Shown piece by piece: positions 24,560 through 37,439 of a stretch of 61,338 nucleotides of DNA (within the stretch, counting starts at the first letter, position 1; the number at the start of each line of letters is the position of its first letter). This DNA is from Octopus bimaculoides (lineage: Eukaryota), in assembly GCF_001194135.2 (NCBI RefSeq), contig NC_068983.1:22736775-22798112 (forward strand), read 5' to 3'. The notes under the pieces are model-generated. The model saw only the letters and a program-made list of their open reading frames with translations, was not told the DNA's origin and did no database searches. A program made the translations under genes and the position numbers.

Positions 24560-25110
24560 GGTTATCACTTGTTTTGTTATATTCTTTATTTTTAACATCC
24601 TCAGTTGTTAGTACCAACGAATTTGATGTTGGTGTTGCTGCTGTTACAGGTTCCACAGTTTCTGCTGTAATTGTAGGTGATATCTTCGTTGCTATTGTTG
24701 ATGTTGCAATTGTTGATATTGGTACAGATGTTGGGTGTTATAGTTGCTCACTTTTTCCTTGTTACTGCTGTTGCTACTGCTGTTGTTGTTGCACACTGTT
24801 GTCGGTGGTGTTACAGAGACGATACCGGCATCAGTGAGGTCCTTTCCCCTTTACTGTTTTGGCTGTGTGGGCAAGAAGTTCTGAGATGGTCCTTTGTCTC
24901 ACACACGTGACATCGCAGTGGTTTTTTTCCCTTCACAATTACTCGCTGTTCCATCGCATTCAGCACGGATATGAGGTCTGGGATCCGTTCAAAATTATCA
25001 GGATTTACGAGGAGAAGAATCTCCTGTGTGATTTCAAAGCAGTTCTTTCGCAGATCAGGTCACTTGCTATGCAAGTACATCTTCGTAATTATCATCGATT
25101 CTTTTTCATA
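24560..25110 (-). pseudogene. L1/Tx1-like ORF1 (gag-like) relic with CCHC zinc knuckle
   Basis: The minus frame reads ...ERIPDLISVLNAMEQRVIVKGKKPLRCHVCETKDHLRTSCPHS (CX2CX4HX4C at 24871-24912). A Thr/Ala/Ser-rich low-complexity tract follows. Stops and frameshifts lie nearby. Confidence 0.65.
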
Positions 25111-25887
25111 AAATGAATCCCTGATACAGATTTAGCTCCTGCATAGAACCCCTATTTTTATTTGATCAAAGTTAAATATTTACAGCACGAACGTCATGAC
25201 CTTCTACTTCACTTCCTACAACGATCCTAGTACTTGACAAATTGGGCAAAGATCATCTCCATCATCATCATCATCATCATCATCAACATCATCATCATCA
25301 TCACCACTATCATCATCACCATCATCGTCGTCGTCGTCGTCATCATTTTATCCTTTATTATTTTTAAGCAAACGGTATCAAAAATGTGTTGGTTCAAGAT
25401 AATTTGGCGTGAATCTGGCATCTCCATTACATTAAATTAGCAATTAATCTCAAGAAAAACACGTTGACCTTTGTATAAGAATTCATAGAATGAGGTGTAA
25501 TTCGTTTAGGCCTTTAAGCCTTATCTCTTCCTATTTTTATATCGAATATGTAAACAAACCAAGACTGTGAATTCTATTAAATAGAGTAGATACACATCTC
25601 TTAGGCGCAAGAGGCTTTCTTCACAACCATGTTTCTAGCTTCACGTTCACTTCGCGGCATCTTGGGTGACTTCTGTTATAGCCTGAGCCTAACCAGTATC
25701 TAATGAGGAGAAGGTGGTAGATGCAAATTGTCCAGAAACCTATCCTATGTAGAACTAACAACACTTGCCAGACCACATGGTTTGATACTAAAAGAAATTC
25801 GCAAAATATGTACAGGTGCAGGCGTGACTGTGTGGTAAAAAGCTGCTTCCCAACAGTACGGTTCCGGGTTCAGTCCCACTGCGTGTG

Positions 25888-26306
25888 TACATGAAAATCT
25901 GAATGGTTGGCAAGTTGGCTCGTAATTCAGCGGGTAGATGTCGGGGTGTTGTCGTTAAACTCTTTCATAACTGCAGCCTGAAACTCTCTTTTGTTGTAAA
26001 AACTTGGACGACCAGTGCGTTGTTCATCCTTGACGGAACCAGTAGTTTCGAACTTTCGTATTAAACGAAGCACGGTCGAACGACTGGGAGGATGTGCGCC
26101 CGCCAATCTTCTGCTTCTGCTGCATAATTCATCGCATAATAGTTTTTCACAATATTAACACGTTTTTGTAAGGAAAAAGTAAAACCGACTGATTGAACGC
26201 AAAAAAATAGAATTTTGAATTCAACGCAACAAAATGGATTTTGAAAATTCAAAAGTCTAATAATGAGCTCCCCACTAAATGCAGATAAATTTAAACAGTG
26301 TTCCAA
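25888..26306 (-). mobile_element. Tc1/mariner-superfamily transposase N-terminal (HTH, DUF4817-like) fragment
   Basis: FSLQKRVNIVKNYY, then a frameshift, then PSRSTVLRLIRKFETTGSVKDEQRTGRPS (26002-26088). Confidence 0.7.
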
Positions 26307-27817
26307 GCGTGATATACTTTCTTAATTCCTTTCTCTCCCATTGATCTTCCATCGATCTCTGAATTAATGATCAAAAGACTTTAACGTTGATATGTTGCGT
26401 TACTTTACAAACACTCTGTATATATATAACTCCCCATCTTTGTCTGTCTCTCCCTCTCTCTCTCTTTCACACACACACATACACTATCTCTCCAACTTTT
26501 TCTGTTTAAGGGATTTTCTAATCCAATATTTACACACTATAATTTATAGTTTTGTGTGCTTCGAGATCCACAATTCCAAAAACGAATTATTTTACGTTCA
26601 ACAATACATACGACAAACTTAATATACATTGCTTGTTGTTCACTCATCTGTCTCCGTCTTTTGTTTTTTTGCACAATTTTCAATCATATGTATGCATGTA
26701 TGTATGTATGTATGTATGTATTCGTAGTTCATCGCATGTCACCTAACAACCTACTGTGTGTCACTGCTGACTCATATAGCTGCTCCACATCACTGGCCTT
26801 AGGTGGAGAGAGTAACGAGATAGATCAGAAAAGTAGTTTTATATATATATATATATATNNNNNNNNNNNNNNNNNNNNNNNNNNNNNNNNNNNNNNNNNN
26901 NNNNNNNNNNNNNNNNNNNNNNNNNNNNNNNNNNNNNNNNNNNNNNNNNNNNNNNNNNNNNNNNNNNNNNNNNNNNNNNNNNNNNNNNNNNNNNNNNNNN
27001 NNNNNNNNNNNNNNNNNNNNNNNNNNNNNNNNNNNNNNNNNNNNNNNNNNNNNNNNNNNNNNNNNNNNNNNNNNNNNNNNNNNNNNNNNNNNNNNNNNNN
27101 NNNNNNNNNNNNNNNNNNNNNNNNNNNNNNNNNNNNNNNNNNNNNNNNNNNNNNNNNNNNNNNNNNNNNNNNNNNNNNNNNNNNNNNNNNNNNNNNNNNN
27201 NNNNNNNNNNNNNNNNNNNNNNNNNNNNNNNNNNNNNNNNNNNNNNNNNNNNNNNNNNNNNNNNNNNNNNNNNNNNNNNNNNNNNNNNNNNNNNNNNNNN
27301 NNNNNNNNNNNNNNNNNNNNNNNNNNNNNNNNNNNNNNNNNNNNNNNNNNNNNNNNNNNNNNNNNNNNNNNNNNNNNNNNNNNNNNNNNNNNNNNNNNNN
27401 NNNNNNNNNNNNNNNNNNNNNNNNNNNNNNNNNNNNNNNNNNNNNNNNNNNNNNNNNNNNNNNNNNNNNNNNNNNNNNNNNNNNNNNNNNNNNNNNNNNN
27501 NNNNNNNNNNNNNNNNNNNNNNNNNNNNNNNNNNNNNNNNNNNNNNNNNNNNNNNNNNNNNNNNNNNNNNNNNNNNNNNNNNNNNNNNNNNNNNNNNNNN
27601 NNNNNNNNNNNNNNNNNNNNNNNNNNNNNNNNNNNNNNNNNNNNNNNNNNNNNNNNNNNNNNNNNNNNNNNNNNNNNNNNNNNNNNNNNNNNNNNNNNNN
27701 NNNNNNNNNNNNNNNNNNNNNNNNNNNNNNNNNNNNNNNNNNNNNNNNTATATATATATATATATATATATGAATGTGGGTATGCATGTATATGTAAATA
27801 TGAATGTGTGTGTATGC

Positions 27818-27854
<37 letters not shown>

Positions 27855-30414
27855 AACCGGAAACTCTTCGGGACGCTTCCGTAGATTGTAAATGACAGGT
27901 GTTTTGTTTTGTACCTTTTTTCCTCCTTCTAAATTGAACTGACAGGCACCCCGTCTCGTGACAATTCTCAATAACTGGTTTGTTCTGTAAGACCTTACAT
28001 TTACAGGATGAAGGAACAGGAAGTTGTTGTTTTGGTAATTATGTTTTCGAAACTACATTGTTTCCTATAATTAAAACCAGGTTCTTAAATTTGCCCCGTG
28101 GGGATATTTCTCAATATTAGGGATCTCTCATTAGTCAATATGATACATAAAACATATATTTAGATAAGAAACGATGTACCAAATTTCGTTTCGTTTCATG
28201 AATATTTTCTTATTTTCGAAGTACGACCTGTTGATTGAAATGACAGAGCGCCGGACTGAATGCCAGTTCTTATATGTATTGCAATTCTGAATTTAAATAT
28301 TGCTAAGTTAGCGTTTATGAGATCCTGAATGGGGGAAGTTGAGAAGAGTATTTATTACCGGTTGAAAGATCACGAGCCTGTTGAGATTTATATGATTCGT
28401 ATTTCATTTGAAGATCTTTTGATCGGTATTAGTGGGTAGAGAAGTGAGGGAATTATTCTACAGGTAGCAAGGAAGATCTGGAAACTATGACATATAAGGT
28501 GATGTCAAGATGGAAGGAGATGAGTGAGTGACGCGTGAGTTTAGGTCAAAAACGGCCGAAGCGATATGGACGCAGAAATTTCAACCAGGGATTGAAACCT
28601 TAGTCTCAATGTTTCTGCAAGCTACTTTCCATTGTTCTCTGCATCTGCATTCAGAATTTGTGAGTGTCGTCTATCAGATTTCCTATCATCTTAGGGCAAA
28701 TTTCGTTGAACCCAGATGAACTTAGATGAACCCATCCACTTTCATTGTATTTGACCAGTTAGACTTTGGGATAAGTATAAACGCCAAACACCTAACTGAA
28801 CTTCCCTTTCTTTCCTTAGTTATGTCAGAGGCAACGTCCATCTTATCCTCTCTTTTACTTGGTGGTTATCTCAGAGATAGCTCTTTTCTTTCTCTGTTTC
28901 CTCTTGGCATCAATGGAATCGTACGAGCCTTACTTACCATCTTCCTTCTTTCACTTAATAGTAGGCCTTTCGACATCTACAATGACAAGAGCCGCCCTAT
29001 TAACAGAACTTTATGTATTTACGCCAACTTGCAAGTTCCGAATATAATCGTAACGGCTAAATAAAGCCATGTTGTCTTAAGACTATTTCTTACGTCACAT
29101 TATTCCAAGAATCCTGAATTTACCAACGTTCAGCCTTTCTTCAAATGCAGCCCTACAACAACTGTTACATTTGATGAGGACTTGACGCTTCTAATCAGCT
29201 CGTTATAACTGGTGACTTATTCAACGTAGCTTACCAAATACCAAAAAAACTACCAATCTAACCATTACAAGAAGACTCGTTTTAGCTGGGTCTGTCGAAA
29301 TTTTTCTTTGTTTTTTGTTGTTGTTTTTTTTTAATAGCCACATTGTTGGAGCATCCCTTGAGTGTATTCATGTATTTTAGTTCCAGATAAATATTTATAG
29401 ATAAGTCTTATATAACATGATGTGGCAAGCAGAATTTTTTCTAAGTTTATCTCATGTCATCAGAAAACCTTCGGAATGTCACAGCTGATTCATATATCAT
29501 AGGTGCACCACCACCGGTTTAGTGGGAGAGCGTAACGAACTAGTTCACAGATGTAGTTCTCTATACTGCAGTATATTCTATTGGTTACATCCATCCACAG
29601 CATGAAGAGATCACGAGCGAGTGAGGAAGCCTCTATGTGGTCATTCCATCTGCTAGAAATCGCATCCGAATTTCCTTCAAAATGCCCTCCATAATTTAAA
29701 AGCTAAACACCAGTTTCACAAATCTCACTAACCCTTTTTTGCTGATTAGTTTGTGAGATTCGGATAGGTGCTCACCGGATGTGATATAACTAACTTATTG
29801 CTAACGTCGCCTTCTTTTTCGTAAATAAATGTGCTGGTTGTCTTTATTTTTTTGTGTATTCACTGTACTGTATTGAACAAAATGGTTATGCGGCCCGCGC
29901 TCGTCATTGTCTCAGTTATCTGACCCACTGTGAAAAACGTTTGGTGACCCCTGGTTTAGCTGATCACTGGCACTCGAAAACAACTATGAATCGGGTACCC
30001 ATCTGATGCTAAGCGTTAAAAAGTGCAGAGAGAAGATAACTTGGCGGCGGACATTTCAAAATGATTGGAAGACAGCCGACATTACGTGGATGTTTAAGTG
30101 AAGCAGCCGACTGAATCCGGTTGAGGAAGCTTACTACACTCAATGCATTGAGTGGCGAAGGAGGACCAAAAACCAGAAAGACAAAAAAAGTAAACGTGGT
30201 CTGGAACTACAGTCTACACGTTTTAATACAGAGGCTGTGAGGATTGAAAAGTGGTGAATGAATTGCCATATATGATAAACATTAACATGAATTTGCTTTT
30301 TTAGGTATTTGTCCAACATCACGGCGAAGAAACAAATTATATGGACGCAATTTCTATCGTTTTTTTTTTTCATTAATAAGAAGAAGCGTGCCAGTTTTTT
30401 TTTATTATTAATAT

Positions 30415-30803
30415 AGGCGTATAGTTGTGTGGTAAGAAGTTTGCTTGCCAACATTATGGTTTCGGGTTCAGTCCTACTGCATGGCACCTTGCGCAGGTCT
30501 CTTCTCCTATAGCTTCAGGCTGACCAGGGCCTTGTGAGTGGAGATGGTAAGCGAAAACTGAAAGAGGCCCGTCATATAGGCATGTGCGTGTGTGTGTGTG
30601 CGTGTCTTTGTGTCTGTCACCCACCGCTTGTCAACTGATGTTAGTTTGTTTACGTTTCTGTAACTTAGAGGTTCAGCAAAAGAAATCGATAACATAAGCA
30701 CCAATTTTTTTAAAAAATAGATACTAGGATCGATTTGTTTGACTAAAACCCCTTTAAGGCAGTGCTTCAGCATGGCCGCAATCCAACGACTGAAACAAGA
30801 TAA
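30415..30803 (+). mobile_element. Family 2 SINE
   Basis: Homologous to 23432-23904. Confidence 0.8.
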
Positions 30804-30887
30804 TATTTTGGGTGTGTCTTGTAAATTGTCAGTTTATGAACTACTCTTGTAATGGATTTCGTAAACACAATTTCTTTGCTACCACAC

Positions 30888-30936
<49 letters not shown>

Positions 30937-31633
30937 ATGCTCTAAGTCTCAAATATCTTCATGCCGTAAATTTGCTCGCGTTTTCCCTGTTTGGTTGTGT
31001 GTAGGCGGGAGAATTACTTCTGTACCTACAGCAAATACCTCACAAACTATAGAGTTGTAAAAAAAAACCTTTTCAAATGCACACACCACCTATGTGTGTG
31101 TGCGAGTTTGTGAAGTGAGTGTATGCGTGTACGTATACATACATACATAAAAACACACACACACACACACAAAGTAGGTGTACCAACATGGCTGCAGTCC
31201 AGTGACTGAAACAAGTAAATGAATAAAAGAGTGTGTGCGTGCGCGTGTGCGCGCGCGTGTGTGTGTGTGTGTGCGTTCGTATGTGTATATATATATATAT
31301 AATGATATTATGGAGGCAACACAGGCGAAGTCTAAAAGAGCATTATTGAAATACGCATTCAAAACTTATATAGATACATATATTCTTTATAAAATGGACA
31401 TAAAATTCCAAAATATACAAATATATATATATATGCTCACATTACTTAAATAAATTGAAGTAGCATGAAACGTGCGTACTGCAATCACTTTTGAAATCCG
31501 TGTTGCTTATTATTTGATTTTAATCACCCATCCTTTTGGGATGTGATATTCGGGTGCCTTCGCATAAGTACCATATTCAAGCCTTGAATCTATATCTAAA
31601 CCGTCTATATATATATATATATATACTACAAAC

Positions 31634-31709
<76 letters not shown>

Positions 31710-32043
31710 TGTTGTGTGTGAGGCTGGCAAGGTTATTGCCTAGCTGAACATCTTGAACATCTATTTATAAAAAATAATTTGCAAGTATGACGTAAGGCTA
31801 GTCTGACTTTCTTGATACAGGTGTTTTAGTTTTTTAGCATTTCGTGCATTTTTTCGTATTGTTTTTTTGATTCAGCACGAAGGTAAATGATAAGCTAAAG
31901 ATTCAGTGACATTGCCAGCAATTACAACAGCAGGAATATAGTTAAAAAACACAATGAAGGTACTGCTATGTGTTCGCTCGACGTGCTAGTTATAGCGGCC
32001 AAATCTCACTCTGCTGTCTTGAAGGGAGAAAGACACTTTAGAT

Positions 32044-32407
32044 CAGTGGTTTTCAACCATTTTTTTGCCTATCGCCCCCTTTGATTACTATTCTATTCTG
32101 GTGGATAGATAGTAGATATATAGCATTTCGTGCATTCGCCATTTGATGTGTAAAAACTAGTTTTATGGATACTTCGTTTGACGTTCCTATTTTGTTTTTC
32201 ACACAATAACTTGTGTAGGTTGAACTATGGAAAACTTGAGACAAAGACGCGTAGCTGTTACTTGCAATAAATACATCAAAGATAAAATTTTTCACGGACC
32301 TTTAAAATACTACTGTGGATCCCCAATTTACTGTTTGCCTTGCGTAGACCCCCAAAAGTTTTACATGGACCTCCAGGAGTCGTATGGACCCTGGTTGAGA
32401 ACCACTG
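32044..32407. mobile_element. hAT (Charlie-like) MITE
   Basis: TIRs CAGTGGTTTTCAACC / GGTTGAGAACCACTG. Perfect 8-bp TSD CTTTAGAT at 32036-32043 and 32408-32415. Confidence 0.9.
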
Positions 32408-33375
32408 CTTTAGATAATATAGTCCTGGATGTTCACTGTGTGTGGAAAAGATGGAATGATTATGACACGATTACCTATGATCATAGGACCTATATGGTGT
32501 TAAACCAGTGATTCTCAAAGCGACAGTACGTTACCCCACACCAAACCATTAGTGAAACATTTTGCCGCCATTTTTATTAATGAGAAAACACGTCTCCTAG
32601 CGGACAATTTATACAAAGAAGATAATCATTTATTCATAATATTTGGTAGGATTAGAAGTTTGAATTTCTAATTATGGAATAAAGAAAAGAAACTGCATCC
32701 TTATCTTTTACTTGTTTCAGACATTGGACTGCGGCCATACTGGGACGCCACTTTAAAGTCTTTCTGTCGAACAAACTGACCTCAGTACTTATATTTTTTA
32801 AGTCCGATATCTATTCTGGCAGTCTCTTTTTACCGAATCGCTAGATTGTGGGGTTGAAACATATTTATTATTTTTCTTTTTTTGTCCTGTTACTTATTAC
32901 GAAGTTCTAAAAATGTTTGCATCCATATAATTCTTTTTTTCCTTCGCCATGCTGTTGGAAAAAGTTGAAACGTTTCAAACCCTCTTAATTGGTACATCTC
33001 TTTTTCATTCCCTACAGAACTCTTAACCTTTCCCTATCCAAAATGCTGACCTAACGACTTCAACGCTTCAAATCACACTGCACACTCTNNNNNNNNNNNN
33101 NNNNNNNNNNNNNNNNNNNNNNNNNNNNNNNNNNNNNNNNNNNNNNNNNNNNNNNNNNNNNNNNNNNNNNNNNNNNNNNNNNNNNNNNNNNNNNNNNNNN
33201 NNNNNNNNNNNNNNNNNNNNNNNNNNNNNNNNNNNNNNNNNNNNNNNNNNNNNNNNNNNNNNNNNNNNNNNNNNNNNNNNNNNNNNNNNNNNNNNNNNNN
33301 NNNNNNNNNNNNNNNNNNNNNNNNNNNNNNNNNNNNNNNNNNNNNNNNNNNNNNNNNNNNNNNNNNNNNNNNNNN

Positions 33376-33441
<66 letters not shown>

Positions 33442-33673
33442 CACACATACACTCACGCCCGCACGTATATATATATATATATGTTTTTAAATTCATTTTC
33501 AATTGTTTCTCCGTAATATGGGGGATCAATTAACGCCGGCAGTAAGAACAGACGTTAATTGTATCTTCTTAAGAAAATCAGGAGCAGGTTGATCTGTGTT
33601 TATTCGAAAATTTTAATGAACTATGCAACTGCTATTATCTAAGATATATTTACAGATTTTGGATTCGGCTTAA

Positions 33674-33902
33674 CCCTCTGACATCGCGAATACACTTTTT
33701 CAGGCGCTATTTCGTTTGACTATAGAAGACGCAAAAGCGGGTGACCACATAGTTTTTGTATTTACGGCTCGCTAATTGGCAGACGCATTTTAATTTTCAG
33801 CTGCAAACATATAAGCGAAGTGGTCGCTCGCATTTGCGCCTTCCAAGGGCATACTGAAACGAAATGGCAGTCGCAAAAAGACCTACACGCGGCTTTAAAG
33901 GG
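33674..33902. mobile_element. piggyBac-type non-autonomous element
   Basis: TTAA on both sides (33670-33673 and 33903-33906). Ends CCCTCTGACATCGCG / CGCGGCTTTAAAGGG are imperfect TIRs starting with CCC. Confidence 0.75.
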
Positions 33903-34724
33903 TTAAGTAATTTCTTTGATGACACAACATAATCTATAATGTGAGATGAGAACTACCGACCTTTCATCTCGATTTCAAGTATCAGTCACTTTATTTACTT
34001 TAACCACTTATCAAGCAAAGGGTTCCAAAATTGCTAAGTAGATTTGGGAAACTGCTGACTCCCTTTTTATTGTGACATCTGAAGCAGTTTTGTGTGTGTG
34101 TGTGTGTGTGTGTGTGCAAAACCCTTCTGTTCTATATATTTGTTCTATTGTTTTTATTGAAAATAGGATCTTGACGAGTTTATAATTCATTCGTAACCAA
34201 GAAGCCAAGGAATGTGCCTTTAAAACAAACAAAAGTAATTTTATATCAGCTATAATGTCTTTACAATAATAATTAATACTGAACAAGAAAATGACATAAG
34301 TTATTTCTGTCTGTTTATTTAACAACGGAAGAAGATTAAATAGATCGTATTACAATAGATAAAACATCTCTGAAAACTCACACGTTACGCCATGCTACTC
34401 AGAAGCGGGTGAAATCTTTTCGTAAGGGAACGGTTTTTAAAAGTTCTGTATATAATTTCAATTATTAATGATTCATCTTCATCACTTCAGTGTAACGTGC
34501 GTGCATTATTTTTAAACACTGTACTTATGATGAGTTATATTATCATGTAAAATGTTAGTCATGACCTTAAATAATAACCATTTTAACGAAGGAACCGCTT
34601 ACTTGATCGCTGGAGTTGCTAGAAATAAAAAAAATAACAACCAAATCTCCGTTGGACCACTATTATAAACGTTTCATAGTGCGGTTATAGCCGACTATTA
34701 TAAACGTTTTCATAATGCAGTTGT

Positions 34725-34825
34725 AGTGGCGCGAGATTATAGCCGCCATTGAGGAAGCACTATTCTGCGCATGCGCAGGGGACTTCACCACCGGAAGCTC
34801 CTCGAGTTGCGCATGCGCAGTAAAA
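34725..34825. promoter_or_regulatory. Candidate promoter-like motif cluster (2x NRF1-type, ETS-type, YY1-like)
   Basis: TGCGCATGCGCA at 34766-34777 and 34808-34819, CCGGAAG at 34791-34797 and GCCGCCATT at ~34742. Locally CpG-rich in an AT-rich background. Confidence 0.4.
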
Positions 34826-35425
34826 CTCGCACTTAAACAGTGGTTTCACTTTGTTAGGCGAGTTGAGCCTGAGACCTTCTACGTAACAACACCTCGCTCC
34901 TCCACGAAGCATTTTTACACTGTTCTCTGGCAGGCATCAAGGAAGACCTTAACCTTCCAATACCAATTACAACCTAATCAGCGGCTGCTAAGCTGAATGA
35001 CAGGAATTTGTATAACCAAGTATCATCATAAATAAAACCTTTTTATTATGTTGTTAATTGTTCTGATGTCTCTTCATTAAAAATGCTGTTAAAAGGTGAT
35101 AGAGAGAGACTAAAATCTCGATGACAACTATCAAACCTTTACACAGTTCTAGGAACATTATTTCTGAAAAAATATAATACATGAGATGGTCATATTTAGA
35201 ACGTCTTTGATTATATGTCTGCTCGATTGGGATTATTTAACCTTCTCATTAAGAGTAGGCTGCAATTACCGCTAATTGTTTACTTACCTGTTCTCCAAGC
35301 AAAAATAGTTTCAATAAGTCAATTCATTTTGTATGGTATTTAGTAGATTATTCCCCGTCTTTGTGGTCCAGATTCATGTCACTCACCATTCTGAATTATT
35401 TTTCTGGGGTTCCTTTATCTATGTT

Positions 35426-35830
35426 CTTTTAATCTTTTTACTTGTTTCAGTCATTTGACTGTGGCCATGCTTGAGCACCGCCTTTAGTCGAGCAAATCGA
35501 CCCCAGGACTTATTCTTTGTGAGCCTAGTACTTATTCTATCGGTCTCTTTTTGCCAAACCGCTAAGTTACGGGGACATAAACACACCAGCATCGGTTGTC
35601 AAGCGATGTTGGGGGGGACAAACACAGACACACAAACACACACACAGACATATATATACATATACACGACAAGCTTCTTTCAGTTTCCGTCTACCAAATC
35701 CACTCACAAAGCTTTGGTCGGCCCGAGGCTATAGTAGAAGACACTTGCCCAAGGTGCCACGCAGTGGGACTGAACCCTGAACCATGTGGTTGGTAAGCAA
35801 GCTACTTACCACACAACCACTCCTGCGCCT
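35426..35830 (-). mobile_element. Full-length, well-preserved family 2 SINE
   Basis: Homologous to 18301-18725. Confidence 0.88.
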
Positions 35831-36671
35831 ATATTATGCAAATTATTCTAAAACTTAAATGTTTTCTGCTCATATTGCATATGTCTATGTCTAAAACCAT
35901 ATATCTGACTAGAATCAAGGTAATTACGGGTGACTTAAACAACTGGTATTGGTTTGCATACGTCCTTATAACTTAGTGGTTCGGCAAAGAGAAACTAGTA
36001 GACTTCTTAAGTAGACTTAAGAAACAGAATTAGTTCTGGCGTCAGTTTGATCGATTAAACCCTTCGAGGCATTATCCCTTTAAGGTCGCAGGCTTATGAC
36101 TGAAGCTAGAACATGAATAAAAGAGAATATTTGTTGTCAAGTCAACAAACGTTAGACGGATTATTCGTCTGCCTCCCAAGTCAGCGTGCACGATTTCATG
36201 ACTGAGTCTGGTAGCTATTCCACATCTTCCTTCAACGGAAGAACCTTGTAACAGATCTGCCACCAGTCGATAGTTATTCCTACGTTCCTAGTTCTACTGT
36301 TATGTGTTTGTCATTCGTTATCTAAATATTTTCTTTCAAAGAATCTATCTTTTTTTTTTCTTTTGTTAGTGTTAGTCTATTTAACAAGCTATGCATTTAC
36401 AAACACGTGTGTACTTATACACTGGTATTATACATATCACCAACTGGAACGGTCAATTTCAAACACGATTCGTCCATCAGTCGGTTATGAGGTAATATTT
36501 TGCAGTCAAAGTTGTGCCGAGCACTTGCGAAAATTACTCATTTCCTTCCACTTGAGCCGAAGCGACGATGGATGCAGTAGATTGGATTAGAACTTAGTAT
36601 AACCAGAGGCATGGTGACTCGACTATTTTAGAATGCTTAAAGGACAACTAACCACTTATATACACGCACGA

Positions 36672-36704
<33 letters not shown>

Positions 36705-37035
36705 AAAGCAAAGTCAATTTTTCACTTTGAATTGCTGTTTCAAAAACTTCAGCAATTCATGAAAATAAGTCAAGTGCTGATAAGTCCTCGACTCGGTTTC
36801 GTTCTCTGTCGTATCCATTTTCTCCTCAAAACAGTCAACATAGCATCATCCCATTCGTTACCGCTAGTAAATAAATNNNNNNNNNNNNNNNNNNNNNNNN
36901 NNNNNNNNNNNNNNNNNNNNNNNNNNNNNNNNNNNNNNNNNNNNNNNNNNNNNNNNNNNNNNNNNNNNNNNNNNNNNNNNNNNNNNNNNNNNNNNNNNNN
37001 NNNNNNNNNNNNNNCTTCGTGGGAAAAAGAATAGT

Positions 37036-37439
37036 TACTCTTCACTCTTTTACTTGTTTCAGTCATTTGACTGCGGGCATGCTGGAGCACCGCCTTTAGT
37101 CGAGAAAATCGACCCCGGGACTTATTCTTTGTAAGCCCAGTACTTATTTTATCGGACTCTTTTGCCGAACCGCTAAGTTACGGGGACATGAACACACCAG
37201 CATCGGTTGTCAAGCAATGCTAGGGAGGCAAACACGGACACACAAACATACACACACACATATATATACATATATACGACGGCTTCTTTCAGTTTCCGTC
37301 TACCAAATCCACTCACAAGGCTTTGGTCGGCCTGAGGCTATAGTAGAAGACACTTGCCCAAGATGCCACGCAGTGGGGCTGAACTCGGAACCATGTGGTT
37401 GGTAAGCAAGTTACTTACCACACAGCCACCCCTGCGTCC
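37036..37439 (-). mobile_element. Full-length family 2 SINE
   Basis: Highly similar to 35426-35830. Confidence 0.88.

Noticed and set aside
28330-28720. Faint Penelope-RT-like words on the minus strand (FNPWLKF, HLDIT)
   Set aside because: Too degenerate to support without a profile search.
30137-30154. Short perfect palindromes (CACTCAATGCATTGAGTG; also 3819-3834 and 40107-40122)
   Set aside because: Isolated 16-18-bp palindromes without supporting context. A few are expected in repeat-rich DNA.
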